From Melioribacteraceae bacterium (GTDB lineage: Bacteria > Bacteroidota > Ignavibacteria > Ignavibacteriales > Melioribacteraceae): a DNA stretch of 64,000 bases. This document shows positions 37,897 through 46,886 of the stretch, piece by piece (position 1 is the stretch's first letter; each line of letters starts with the position of its first letter). The stretch lies in contig JALSTI010000058.1 in the NCBI GenBank assembly GCA_026983795.1, forward strand, positions 10,092-74,091. The letters run 5' to 3'. Position numbers and translations under genes: made by a program. Below the pieces are notes generated by a model, which saw only the letters and a program-made list of their open reading frames with translations, searched no databases and was not told the origin of the DNA.

Positions 37897-38690
37897 AAGC
37901 TTAATTGATAAATTAGTAATAAAATAAACACGCTTAACAATCCGGAAGTTATGTTAACCAGATCGTTATTAAACCACTTTTTCCCTTTGACTAGAAATGT
38001 TTTTTCACCGCAGTGAATTTTTTTTTCCGTTGTTAATCCGCAAATTTTACATTTATATTTAGCTTGAACGGCTGCGCCTAAAAAACTATCGGCAACACTT
38101 CCTGAAAATCCCACTAAAGTAATTAATATTAGCAAAGAAAGATTTCCGACCCAAAAAGCGCTTGATAACACAACAATAACGGAACCAATAAAAGCCGCAA
38201 CAAATCCGGTGAGGGACACACCACCCGATTCACCTTGCACACACGTTCTTAAAGTTAGAATATTATACGTTTTTCTTTTCTTCATTGTTCCTATTTCCGT
38301 AGCCCAAGTATCCGAAGCCATGGCAGCTAAATAAACAACATACGATAAATACCAAACAGCGGATTTTGTGCAATAATCTAAAAATATAAACACCACTGCA
38401 ATACCGCCGTTTGAAAGAACTTGAATATAATTTCTGCTACCGGGTTTTTCCAATAACCCGGATATTTCCAATTTAGTATCCGTTTTTTTTATTGACAACA
38501 TGCTGGCCGGAATAAAAAATGTTAACACCGGAACGCTCCATTTAAGCAACCCGAATCCGAATATTATAACAGCAAGTAAAAAAGTCGCAACGGCTCCGTC
38601 AAAAGTCAAAAATTTCAATTTATATGAAAAGAACGCAACCGCTAACGCTAAAACAGCGCCTGTTAATACATTTAATAGCAATATTTGCAT
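37893..38690 (-). CDS. DUF92 (TMEM19/VTE6-like) integral membrane protein
   Basis: The 265-aa multi-span protein has GESGGVSLTG and GSVADSFLGAAVQ motifs typical of DUF92. A short Cys/His cluster (CKIC...HC) precedes the last helix. Confidence 0.6.
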   Translation of the reverse strand: MQILLLNVLTGAVLALAVAFFSYKLKFLTFDGAVATFLLAVIIFGFGLLKWSVPVLTFFIPASMLSIKKTDTKLEISGLLEKPGSRNYIQVLSNGGIAVVFIFLDYCTKSAVWYLSYVVYLAAMASDTWATEIGTMKKRKTYNILTLRTCVQGESGGVSLTGFVAAFIGSVIVVLSSAFWVGNLSLLILITLVGFSGSVADSFLGAAVQAKYKCKICGLTTEKKIHCGEKTFLVKGKKWFNNDLVNITSGLLSVFILLLIYQLSF

Positions 38691-38891
38691 CTAACAAAGT
38701 TAAAAAACGGTAACTTATATGATATTATAATATACACAATTACTTAGATAAGTTAAAACAAAATATTTAGTTATCAATATAACTTTTTATATTACAATAT
38801 GTTACCCAAAACAAAATCTGTAAAAAATGCAGTTGATAAGTATTATTTCATAAGTGTTTGACGTTTTTTTGGTTAGATTAGATTATTGAAG

Positions 38892-38919
38892 AAATAAAAA
38901 AGCCCTCAAATTGAGGGCT
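38892..38919 (-). terminator. Rho-independent terminator
   Basis: The minus strand reads AGCCCTCA-ATT-TGAGGGCT followed by TTTTTATTTC. It starts 21 nt after the stop of the 257-aa TPR gene. Confidence 0.8.
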
Positions 38920-38939
38920 TATTTTAAATGAGATAAAAC

Positions 38940-39713
38940 TTAATTCATATATTTCATTTCGTGTTTGCTTCTATCTTTATAAAGTTTGTCTTTTGCAGCT
39001 ATTGCAAAGTTTTGTTTTGCATGGGTTTTATCCTTCATTCCTTTATATGCTAAACCTTTATAAAAATAGGGAGCGCCTTTGGGAACTCTTGATTTCCGGG
39101 GTCTGTATTTAATTGCGTTATTGGCAGCTTTAAGAGCTTCTTCGTATTTACCCAATGTTATATAAACGTCGGCAAGTTCCAAATAAGCCGCATCATAATT
39201 ATAATTTTCAATAGCTTTTGTCAAATATTCAACAGCCTTTTTGTAATTTCCGTTTTTTGATTCCTTAACACCCAGTTTGGTATAAGCCAATCCCATAAAT
39301 TTTTTGGCTTTTTCTTTATATTTTTTCTTTTTTGTTTTTTCACCGAATTTCTTAAAATTTTCAGCGGCTTTTAAGTATTCGCCCATTGCATAATAAGTTG
39401 TTCCCAATCCATTATATGCGGGTACAAAATCGGGATCCAATTTTATACACTCGGTAAAATCGGCTTCGGCTTCTTTAAATTTACGAAGTTTTTTATATGC
39501 CAAACCCTCTTGATATAAAATAGGGGCATCGCGTTCAATAGCCAGTGCTTTTTTATAGCTTTCAATTGCACCGTTATAATTACCCGATTTATATTGTTTA
39601 TTGCCTTGGTTATATAATTTAGCGGCTTCAGGATTCATTTGAGCTTTTTGAGCAAATAATACCGCAGACGATAGTAGAAGAACCGAGAAGAAGAATACAG
39701 ATATTTTTTTCAT
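38940..39713 (-). CDS. Secreted tetratricopeptide-repeat protein
   Basis: The 257-aa ORF has a signal peptide (LLLSSAVLFAQ) and about 6 TPR units (e.g. YNGAIESYKKALAI, AEADFTECIKLDPDF). Confidence 0.7.
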   Translation of the reverse strand: MKKISVFFFSVLLLSSAVLFAQKAQMNPEAAKLYNQGNKQYKSGNYNGAIESYKKALAIERDAPILYQEGLAYKKLRKFKEAEADFTECIKLDPDFVPAYNGLGTTYYAMGEYLKAAENFKKFGEKTKKKKYKEKAKKFMGLAYTKLGVKESKNGNYKKAVEYLTKAIENYNYDAAYLELADVYITLGKYEEALKAANNAIKYRPRKSRVPKGAPYFYKGLAYKGMKDKTHAKQNFAIAAKDKLYKDRSKHEMKYMN

Positions 39714-39742
39714 TCTTATGTCCTTTATGTTTATTGTAAATT

Positions 39743-39826
39743 GTGCGGAAGACGGGACTTGAACCCGTACGCCCTTGCGGGCACTACCCCCTCAAAGTAG
39801 CGTGTATACCAATTTCACCACTTCCG
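39743..39826 (-). tRNA. tRNA-Leu (anticodon GAG), class II with a long variable arm; CCA not encoded
   Basis: I folded the 84-nt cloverleaf by hand. Acceptor stem GCGGAAG/CTTCCGC and D stem GTG/CAC. Anticodon stem CTACT/GGTAG with loop TTGAGGG. The variable arm is 15 nt and the T arm is ACGGG-TTCAAGT-CCCGT. The discriminator is A. Confidence 0.9.
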
Positions 39827-40008
39827 CAAATCGAACTTCAAAAATAATTCTATTGTCTAAAAAAATCAACTGTTTTGTTCGAATTTGCGTTTGTTGAGGT
39901 ATCTTCAGTTTTTTTACAATGAAGATTATAATAAGTTTCACAAAAATTCAAGACTATTTTTTAGTATAAAAGATTTGTTTTTATTTTAACCGGTTCTATT
40001 TCAATTCA

Positions 40009-40500
40009 TTATTTTCTGTTTTTCATTAAACGTTTTCTTCTGTTTAAAAAGAAATCTCTTATCTCTTTCCTGAACTTAAATTCAAATACAACAAGCTTGG
40101 CAATTTGCTTTGGACTAAGAATATCGGTAAGACTATTAATAAAGTTTACTTTATTGTCGACCAATTTTTTGTCTAATAGGTTAATCTTTCTTACCATTTT
40201 TTTATAATAATTATCACTTTGTTTTTCTCCCGTTTCAAAATTGTTTAACAATTCCAACAATAAACTATCCTTTTTGTCGGCTAATTGCTTTTGTTCGTCC
40301 AGATGCTTTTTTCTTCTGGTAAAAAATCTAACAGACGTATTTTCATCAAGGTTTAAGGTTTCCAACAATTTAATTTTTTCCAATTCCATAAACCGTTCCA
40401 TTCCCCTTTTACCGTGCATAAATTGCCGCGGCATTTGTTGGGCATTTAGTAATCCTATTGTCAAAAGAAAAAACGGGAAAGCAAATAATTTAATTTTCAT
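40009..40500 (-). CDS. Periplasmic helical protein, possibly Spy/CpxP-like (last gene of the ECF sigma operon)
   Basis: The 163-aa ORF has a signal peptide and a highly charged helical sequence with LT/NxxQ-like segments (LNLDENTSVRF, LSPKQIAKL). The family call is tentative. Confidence 0.45.
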   Translation of the reverse strand: MKIKLFAFPFFLLTIGLLNAQQMPRQFMHGKRGMERFMELEKIKLLETLNLDENTSVRFFTRRKKHLDEQKQLADKKDSLLLELLNNFETGEKQSDNYYKKMVRKINLLDKKLVDNKVNFINSLTDILSPKQIAKLVVFEFKFRKEIRDFFLNRRKRLMKNRK

Positions 40501-40503
40501 TTT

Positions 40504-41130
40504 TTACCTTAATATTTTTGTTGAACTAATTGATTTGTACATCGATTTAAATTCATCCTCGCTCAGTTTATCCATAATTTGAAATAAGTCGGTATTATCT
40601 AAATTGATTGCGGAAGCTTGCAGATTTATATCGTTTATCGATGATATTTGATCAGTATATAGTTGTGTTAATAAATTCTTTGTCTTAAAATCATTTTCCA
40701 AATCGTAGGTAAGTAATTTGCCGGCAAGAGATTCATTGAGCGTACTATCCGGGTAAAGCATAGTTTCAATTTCGTTAACCGTAATAAAGTTTACTTTATT
40801 ATCTTGTTTATTAAACTTATTAATTAATAAAATTGAAGTAATTAATATTGCTAAAATTAAAGTTATAGCATAGGCGGTTTGGGGTTTTAGTTTACTTTTC
40901 GAAGGTTCTTCCAACCGGTTTCTGACTTTGGGGATTAAATTTATAAAGTAAGATTCATCAAAAATATTTTCGTTTTCTAATTCGAGACATTTTAATTTTC
41001 CGGTAATTTTTTCATATTCTTTTCTTAAATTTTCCGATTTTTCAATTTCATTTAAAAATTGTTCGCTTTCAGTCTTGTTCATTAGACCGGATAAATATTT
41101 CAATATTTTATCTTTATTTTTCATCATCAA
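40504..41130 (-). CDS. Putative anti-sigma factor (single-pass membrane protein)
   Basis: The 208-aa ORF overlaps the sigma gene by 17 nt. It has a cytoplasmic N-terminal helical part and one TM helix (AYAITLILAILITSILLI). The call rests on position and topology only. Confidence 0.5.
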   Translation of the reverse strand: MMMKNKDKILKYLSGLMNKTESEQFLNEIEKSENLRKEYEKITGKLKCLELENENIFDESYFINLIPKVRNRLEEPSKSKLKPQTAYAITLILAILITSILLINKFNKQDNKVNFITVNEIETMLYPDSTLNESLAGKLLTYDLENDFKTKNLLTQLYTDQISSINDINLQASAINLDNTDLFQIMDKLSEDEFKSMYKSISSTKILR

Positions 41131-41662
41131 TATTCTTTAGTACTTTTTTTAACGCCAAATGATAACTTGCTTTTAAGCTTCCGATGCTCTTACCGGTAAT
41201 TTTTGCTATTTCATCAAACGACAATTGATCGAATCTTCTGAATATAAAAACTTCCCGCTGCCGCGGAGGAAGTTTTTTTAACACATTATTAAGCTCTTCC
41301 AACTTCTCTTTATCTTCAATATTTTTTACAATATCAATTTTATAGTTTAAATTTTTAAATTCATCTTTATCCAGCGAAAAAATTTTTTTCAATTTTTTCT
41401 TTTTTATATAATTTATACTTCTGGTGGATGTAATCCTGAATATCCATGTATATAGACCGGAATCGAACTTAAATGTATTTAATTTTTTGTAAAGAACAAT
41501 TAAAACCTCTTGAGTAATTTCGTCGGCATCCATATGGTTACCCAGCATTCTTCTTGCATGCCAGTATATTTTTTTCTTATACCTGTTTACAAGTTCGTTA
41601 AAAGCAGATTCGTCTCCTTTTAAAAAATCCTTAACAAGTATGAAATCATTTTTTTCTGTCAT
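41114..41662 (-). CDS. ECF-type RNA polymerase sigma-70 family factor
   Basis: The 182-aa ORF has region 2 (FNELVNRYKKKIYWHARRMLGNHMDADEITQEVLI) and the region 4 HTH (LSFDEIAKITGKSIGSLKASYHLALKKV). Confidence 0.85.
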   Translation of the reverse strand: MTEKNDFILVKDFLKGDESAFNELVNRYKKKIYWHARRMLGNHMDADEITQEVLIVLYKKLNTFKFDSGLYTWIFRITSTRSINYIKKKKLKKIFSLDKDEFKNLNYKIDIVKNIEDKEKLEELNNVLKKLPPRQREVFIFRRFDQLSFDEIAKITGKSIGSLKASYHLALKKVLKNIDDEK

Positions 41663-41801
41663 ATAATAAATATCGTTTCAAGTTATTTGACAAATAAAGC
41701 GCGTTTCAGGTTTAATTCTCAATACGGTTAAACCTTTTGGAAAAACAGCTTGTCAAAAAAACAAAACTAAAACATTCTTGCAATAAAAGAGGAGTAAAAT
41801 C

Positions 41802-42314
41802 ATGAAAAAGATCTCAATTTTAGTCGCTGCTATTTTAATTAGTTTTCTCAGCTCCGGTTTAGTAAAGGCTCAAATGGGAATGGGTAAAATGCATCCCGGT
41901 TTTAACAGGGCACAATTCATCAAACAATTAAATTTAAGCGATAACCAATTACAACAATTCAACAAGTATCAATTCGATTCGCAAAACGAAGCTATCGATT
42001 TAAGAGCGCAAATTCAGAAAAAAAGATTAAAAATTAAAAACATGATGCAAACCGGCGATATCAATAGTAAAGAGTTATTGAATTTAACCAATCAAATTAG
42101 CGACATTCAAGCAAAATTGAAAGAATCCAAAGTTAGAACTTGGTTAAATATTTATAAAATATTAAATAAGGAACAACAAAAGCTTTGGGTACAGCATTTC
42201 AGAATGATGGGAAACAAAATGAGAGAAGGTTTCAGAAACCATTTTATGGGAAAAAAAGGTTTTAATGGGATGAGAAAATTCAGAAATTTTCCGCCGATGC
42301 CCGACGGTGATTAA
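41802..42314 (+). CDS. Periplasmic Spy/CpxP-like (LTxxQ-type) protein
   Basis: The 170-aa ORF has a strong SD (AGAGGAG) and a signal peptide. It has LNLSDNQLQQF and LNKEQQKLW motifs and Met/Gly-rich termini. It is divergent from the ECF sigma operon. Confidence 0.55.
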   Translation: MKKISILVAAILISFLSSGLVKAQMGMGKMHPGFNRAQFIKQLNLSDNQLQQFNKYQFDSQNEAIDLRAQIQKKRLKIKNMMQTGDINSKELLNLTNQISDIQAKLKESKVRTWLNIYKILNKEQQKLWVQHFRMMGNKMREGFRNHFMGKKGFNGMRKFRNFPPMPDGD

Positions 42315-42332
42315 TAATCAGTTGAATTAAAA

Positions 42333-42358
42333 GGAGAGATTATTCAGATAGTCTCTCC
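42333..42358. terminator. Bidirectional hairpin terminator between convergent genes
   Basis: GGAGAGA, a 12-nt loop, then TCTCTCC. The hairpin is followed by GCTTTATTT on the plus strand and TTTTAATT on the minus strand. Confidence 0.55.
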
Positions 42359-42361
42359 GCT

Positions 42362-43168
42362 TTATTTCGATTTTAATTTTTCTATTGCTTTCATATATCG
42401 TAAATAACCTTTAGGCAAACTGTTTCTTCTTTGCCTTATTTTCATTTCGGCTACGCGGTCGGTTCTAAACGGTTCGCCGTCTTTATCTACAAAAAAATTA
42501 GTAATTAACGCAAATATTTCGTCGTAACTTTTTATGTTCATAAATTCCATATCGTAAAGTTGATCAAAAAAATAAATTAATTCGGATTGCGAACCTTTCC
42601 AAACAATTTTTTTCTGTTTTTCCTTTAATTCTCTTATACTTGTTACATTTTCTTCTGTTGATTCTTTACGGATTTCACTTTTGGGTTTTATCTCGTCCAT
42701 TTTCAACTCGGTGTTTTTTGAATTAATTTTATTTTTATTTACGCTGTCATTCACGTTCGTTGTATTTTCCGGTTTTTTCATAGTCGTTTTTTCACGTTTT
42801 TCTTTATATAAATTTATTTCGGCATCAATTATTCTAATTAGTTTTCTATATTCTACAACTTCTTTTCTAATTTCCCTTCTCAAGATTTCCTCTCCGGGAA
42901 ACCGTGTTTCGTTTACGCTGGCGTTAAAATAGCTCAGTTTTTTCTTCAAAAATTCTTTTAGTTCGGGACAATTATCTTCAATAAACAAATTATCCGCAGC
43001 ATATTTTCTTAATGCCAAAAATTTTCTTCTAGAAAAACATTGTATCACCCGGTTTATTTCAATTTTTACATTATACAAATAACTTATTTTTTCTTCGGGT
43101 GTTTTTAATAAATCAACAGAAAATCTTATTTTGTATAAATTAAATGCGCCGAATTTAAATTGTCCCAT
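42362..43168 (-). CDS. Hypothetical protein with an RteC-like C-terminal region
   Basis: The 268-aa cytoplasmic protein has a C-terminus (VWKGSQSELIYFFDQLYD...EIFALITNFF...FRTDRVAEMKIRQRR) that resembles, from memory, the RteC regulator family of Bacteroides conjugative elements. This is a low-certainty call. Confidence 0.35.
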   Translation of the reverse strand: MGQFKFGAFNLYKIRFSVDLLKTPEEKISYLYNVKIEINRVIQCFSRRKFLALRKYAADNLFIEDNCPELKEFLKKKLSYFNASVNETRFPGEEILRREIRKEVVEYRKLIRIIDAEINLYKEKREKTTMKKPENTTNVNDSVNKNKINSKNTELKMDEIKPKSEIRKESTEENVTSIRELKEKQKKIVWKGSQSELIYFFDQLYDMEFMNIKSYDEIFALITNFFVDKDGEPFRTDRVAEMKIRQRRNSLPKGYLRYMKAIEKLKSK

Positions 43169-43282
43169 TCCTTCCCGACTTAATTATCCGTTACTTAAAT
43201 CAAAAAATTGAAGAACAGAATATCCCAATTCAATTATCGCAATTATTTTTTCTATCTTTAGTGATATTTATAAAGGACGGGT

Positions 43283-43308
43283 AAAAAAAATCCCGCCAAA
43301 AGCGGGAT
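43283..43308 (-). terminator. Rho-independent terminator
   Basis: The minus strand reads ATCCCGC-TTTTG-GCGGGAT followed by TTTTTTTTAC. It lies downstream of the T9SS cargo gene ending at 43352. Confidence 0.8.
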
Positions 43309-43351
43309 TTAAGAACGGAGCGGTAAATTTATTTTAATGTTTTCTGATAAT

Positions 43352-44353
43352 TTATTTCAAAAGTAACATTTTTCGTGTTTGGACGAAAGATCCGGCTCTT
43401 AATTGATAATAATAAACTCCGCTGGAAAGACTATTTGCATCAAAATTTACCGTGTAATTTCCAGCTTGCTGTTTAGTGTTTACCAAACCGGCAACTTCAT
43501 TTCCCAATACATCATAAACTTTTAATTGAACTAAATAACTATTGGAACCTTTGGGAATGGAATAGCTTATTGAAGTAGTGGGATTAAAAGGATTGGGATA
43601 GTTCTGTTCCAAATTAAATTTTGAAGGTAAAGACTCGCCTTTTGAATTATTGCTTGTAATCAAGCTTTTACCACCCACAATTTTAGAAAAATGCGATAAA
43701 TAAACGCAAAGTTTATTTGGGTTGCCGGGAACAATTTCCCACGTTAGTCCGTCTGTGTAAAAGTCGCCGCCTAAAAAGTAAGCAAACCCAACCGCACTCG
43801 GATCGATGCCTAATTGTTTCAGAAAATCCAAAAATTGCTGCGTCATGGGAATGCATAGTTTGGCTTTTTTGTCGTTTTTGAAATAATAAAATTCATCCGG
43901 ATTATGAACTCCGGATTTAGAACCCACGACTTCAATGCCCAGGAAAAGGAAGAACGGGTTATTTCCGCCGCTCGGATCTACAAATCTATCTGAATTATTG
44001 CAATCCAATTGTTCTAAATTTATATTCAACATAACATCTTCGTCCAAAGCTCCTTCTTCAATTCCCAGCTCAGTACCAATTAAAGCATCGTATAAAACCT
44101 GCCAATTAGAAAGATAATCTGGTAACCCGAAAGGTGTCATCTTAAAGGATTCTCCTTCGTTAAACGAACCGCTTGCAGCTACAACCGGTTGATTTAAGCA
44201 AGGTGATTTAACAGTGAATTTATAATGAATCAGATGCTTGGTTGTAACGGAATTCGGATTTTTACCGTTAGATTTTGGTGAAGCAAACGCCGAACCCACT
44301 ATAAATATAAACCCCAGTAAAAGTAAATATTTTTTTTTCATCTTGACTCCCAT
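43352..44353 (-). CDS. Secreted protein of unknown function with a type-A T9SS C-terminal sorting domain
   Basis: The 333-aa ORF has a signal peptide. The C-terminal ~85 aa read NYPNPFNPTTSISYSIP...VYDVLGNEVAGLVN...SSGVYYYQLRAGSFVQTRKMLLLK. Confidence 0.75.
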   Translation of the reverse strand: MGVKMKKKYLLLLGFIFIVGSAFASPKSNGKNPNSVTTKHLIHYKFTVKSPCLNQPVVAASGSFNEGESFKMTPFGLPDYLSNWQVLYDALIGTELGIEEGALDEDVMLNINLEQLDCNNSDRFVDPSGGNNPFFLFLGIEVVGSKSGVHNPDEFYYFKNDKKAKLCIPMTQQFLDFLKQLGIDPSAVGFAYFLGGDFYTDGLTWEIVPGNPNKLCVYLSHFSKIVGGKSLITSNNSKGESLPSKFNLEQNYPNPFNPTTSISYSIPKGSNSYLVQLKVYDVLGNEVAGLVNTKQQAGNYTVNFDANSLSSGVYYYQLRAGSFVQTRKMLLLK

Positions 44354-44655
44354 TTTTTGAAAACAGTATTTGTTTATTTGTAAAGAAAATATCAGGATAA
44401 TTAAACTTTTAACAAAGAATTTCCGGGATGAGCTATCAAATTAAAAGCTGAATTATATTAATTATAAATTATAAAAATTTTTCAAAATTTCAACTAAAAT
44501 TTCGATCAAATACAAAATTTTTTATTCAATAAAGACATTTTTTTAAAATCGACTTAAAGATTTCGCTTAAATATCTAATTATTTTACTTTATAATTTACG
44601 AAGTGATAATTTTCCGGAAAGTACCACCGGATTTAAGGAATTGAAATTTTGGAAT

Positions 44656-45369
44656 TTACAAATCGCCTTGAATTGGTCTTAATACTATTTCTTCCGGAAC
44701 GGCGGAGCTATTCATATTATAAATCAAATAAATCAGTTTTGCAATATCTCCGGGTAACATCATTCTATCGCCGGATTTTTTTAACATATCCCGCGGCCAA
44801 ATTCCGGTTTTTGTTGCGCCTGGTAAAACATTAACAATTTTAACGTTATATTCTCTAATTTCTTCCCGCAACACTTTCATGTAAGCTAACAATCCCGCTT
44901 TAGCAGCGGAATAAACACTGCTGCGTACAAAAACTTTTTCTGCCGCAACAGATAATATGTTAATTATTGTACCTTCTTTTCTTCTTCTCATTCCTTTTAA
45001 TACCAGTTGCGAAATATTTATTGGAGCAATTAAGTTTGTTCGTACAACTTTTTCAACCGTATTGGAATTATCTTTGGAAGCGAGCGAAAACGAAGTTATA
45101 CCGGCGTTGTTAATTAAACATTCAATACGGTAGTGCTTTGATATTTCAGAATATTTTGCTTTTGATCCAGTAAAATCGGTAACGTCCAGTTTATGCGGAA
45201 TAAAATACTTGCCTTGTTTTCCTAATTCTTTTTTAATTTCATTCAACAAATTTAATCTACGGGCAGAGCCTAAAACATAAACGTTATTTTTTGCAAATTC
45301 AGCAACCAAAGCTTTTCCGATTCCGGAACTTGCACCGGTAATCCAAACAATATTATTTTTTTTTCTCAT
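44656..45369 (-). CDS. Classical short-chain dehydrogenase/reductase; candidate sepiapterin-reductase-like enzyme by context
   Basis: The 237-aa ORF has TGASSGIGKA, NNAG and YSAAKAG motifs. Its start overlaps the folE stop by 1 nt (TAATG). Confidence 0.75.
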   Translation of the reverse strand: MRKKNNIVWITGASSGIGKALVAEFAKNNVYVLGSARRLNLLNEIKKELGKQGKYFIPHKLDVTDFTGSKAKYSEISKHYRIECLINNAGITSFSLASKDNSNTVEKVVRTNLIAPINISQLVLKGMRRRKEGTIINILSVAAEKVFVRSSVYSAAKAGLLAYMKVLREEIREYNVKIVNVLPGATKTGIWPRDMLKKSGDRMMLPGDIAKLIYLIYNMNSSAVPEEIVLRPIQGDL

Positions 45370-45935
45370 TAAATTCTTTTATGTGAAATTAAATCGAGGA
45401 ATTCGCTTCTGGTTCTTTCATCTTCTTTAAATACGCCATGAACTGCGCTAGTAATTGAATATGAATTTTGTTTCTCAACGCCGCGCATCATCATACACAT
45501 GTGATAACCTTCTGCTACAACAGCAACACCGGTAGGATTAAGGTATTTGTCAATTGTATCGGCAATTTGCTGGGTCATTCTTTCTTGAATTTGAAGCCGG
45601 CGCGCAAACACGTCAACAATTCTAGGTATCTTGCTTAATCCTACAACTTTACCGTTAGGAATATAAGCTACATGAACTTTGCCGTAAAAAGGGATTAAAT
45701 GATGCTCGCACAGACTGTAAAAATCGATATCTTTAACGATTACCATTTCATCATATTTTTCGTCAAAAATTGCCCCGTTTAGAATTTTATCTATATTTTT
45801 ATGATAACCTTGTGTTAAAAATTCGTATGCTTTTGCAACGCGTTTGGGAGTTTTAACCAAACCTTGCCTTTCGGGATTTTCTCCCATTTCTACTAAAATC
45901 GATTCAACATTTTTTTGAACTATATTTAAATTCAT
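45369..45935 (-). CDS. folE: GTP cyclohydrolase I (FolE type 1)
   Basis: The 188-aa ORF has the signature [18 protein letters not shown] and ...[15 protein letters not shown]. Confidence 0.93.
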   Translation of the reverse strand: MNLNIVQKNVESILVEMGENPERQGLVKTPKRVAKAYEFLTQGYHKNIDKILNGAIFDEKYDEMVIVKDIDFYSLCEHHLIPFYGKVHVAYIPNGKVVGLSKIPRIVDVFARRLQIQERMTQQIADTIDKYLNPTGVAVVAEGYHMCMMMRGVEKQNSYSITSAVHGVFKEDERTRSEFLDLISHKRI

Positions 45936-45940
45936 TTAAT

Positions 45941-46354
45941 TTATCCTTTATATTCAAAATAATTATTTTCCGTTTCGTATAATTTTACGGAATAAAGTTT
46001 ACCGGTTGGAATTTTATCTGCTATTTGATTCCAAAAAGCAACGGCAATATTTTCTGCAGTGGGAATTACCCCTTGCATAAAATCAACATCAAAATTAAGA
46101 TGTTTATGATCTACTTTTTCAATTATGTATTTACGTATTATCCATTTCAACATCTTCGTGTCAATTACATAACCCGTATCGGGATCAATCTCCCCGGCAA
46201 CAGTTACTTCAAGGATGTAATTATGTCCGTGACCGTGCGGATTATTACATTTACCGAAAATCTCATTATTTTTCTCATCGGACCAACTTTCATTGTGCAA
46301 CCGGTGGGAAGCGCTGAAAGTTTCCCTTCTTGTAACAAGCATCATTCTACTCAA
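45941..46354 (-). CDS. 6-pyruvoyl-tetrahydropterin synthase (PTPS-II-like; QueD superfamily)
   Basis: The 137-aa ORF has FSASHRL...FGKCNNPHGHGHNY...VTVAGEIDPDTGYV...DHKHLN...TAENIAVAFW...LYSVKLYETENNYFEYKG. From memory this tracks animal PTPS far better than E. coli QueD. Confidence 0.85.
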   Translation of the reverse strand: MSRMMLVTRRETFSASHRLHNESWSDEKNNEIFGKCNNPHGHGHNYILEVTVAGEIDPDTGYVIDTKMLKWIIRKYIIEKVDHKHLNFDVDFMQGVIPTAENIAVAFWNQIADKIPTGKLYSVKLYETENNYFEYKG

Positions 46355-46809
46355 CCTTTTAATACTTTCAAAACTTCGTCAACATGTCCCTTTACCTTAA
46401 CTTTAGGAAATATCTTCATGATGCGTCCTTTCTCGTCAATAACAATGGTGGTTCTTTCCACGCCCATATATTTTCTTCCGTACATACTTTTCTCTTTCCA
46501 AACGCCGTATCTTTCCAGAACTTTTTTGCTTTCGTCGCTAAGTAAAAGGAACGGTAAATTATATTTTCCGATAAACTTTTTATGCCTGTCTGGCGAATCG
46601 GGGCTAACGCCAATAATAACTGCATCCGATTTCTCAAAATCGGGAAATGCATCGCGAAAATCACATGCTTCTTTTGTACAACCGGGTGTCATATCTTTCG
46701 GATAAAAATAAAGTACCACTTTGTTACCGAGGAAATCTTTAAGCGAATACATTTTACCGGTCACGTCGGGCAACGTGAACGCAGGAGCCTTTTTACCTTC
46801 TTCTAACAA
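46351..46809 (-). CDS. bcp: Thioredoxin-dependent peroxiredoxin Bcp
   Basis: The 152-aa ORF starts with TTG, 4 nt after a GGAGG SD. The active site is YFYPKDMTPGCTKEACDFRD. Confidence 0.9.
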   Translation of the reverse strand: MLEEGKKAPAFTLPDVTGKMYSLKDFLGNKVVLYFYPKDMTPGCTKEACDFRDAFPDFEKSDAVIIGVSPDSPDRHKKFIGKYNLPFLLLSDESKKVLERYGVWKEKSMYGRKYMGVERTTIVIDEKGRIMKIFPKVKVKGHVDEVLKVLKG

Positions 46810-46886
46810 GCTGCCTCCAAATTGTTATTTTAAATTTTAGTTATTTGACATATTAAACGGTTTAGAGAAGAAAGCGGATTTTGAAA

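Noticed and set aside
38010-38051. A CKIC...HC cluster in the DUF92 protein as an inserted zinc ribbon.
   Set aside because: The cluster is short, with three Cys and one His, and it lies in a loop before the last helix. I believe similar Cys pairs occur in other DUF92 members, and I cannot show without an alignment that it is unusual.
41709-41734. The hairpin GGTTTAA-12 nt-TTAAACC followed by TTTT in the leader of the Spy-like gene, as a possible attenuator or riboswitch terminator.
   Set aside because: The stem is 7 bp and almost all A/T, so it is very weak. There is no upstream conserved aptamer-like structure. Such inverted repeats are common in AT-rich spacers.
39714-44400. tRNA-Leu as the integration site of a genomic island (ECF module, RteC-like gene, T9SS cargo).
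   Set aside because: I saw no integrase or recombinase, no direct repeat of the tRNA 3' end, and no compositional change. The genes lie on the 5' side of the tRNA, whereas islands normally insert at the 3' end.
46025-46705. A 226-aa plus-strand ORF spanning the PTPS and bcp genes.
   Set aside because: It is antisense to two genes with unmistakable family motifs. Its translation is low-complexity (F/I/T/S-rich) with no recognisable domain. It is a typical shadow ORF in AT-rich DNA.
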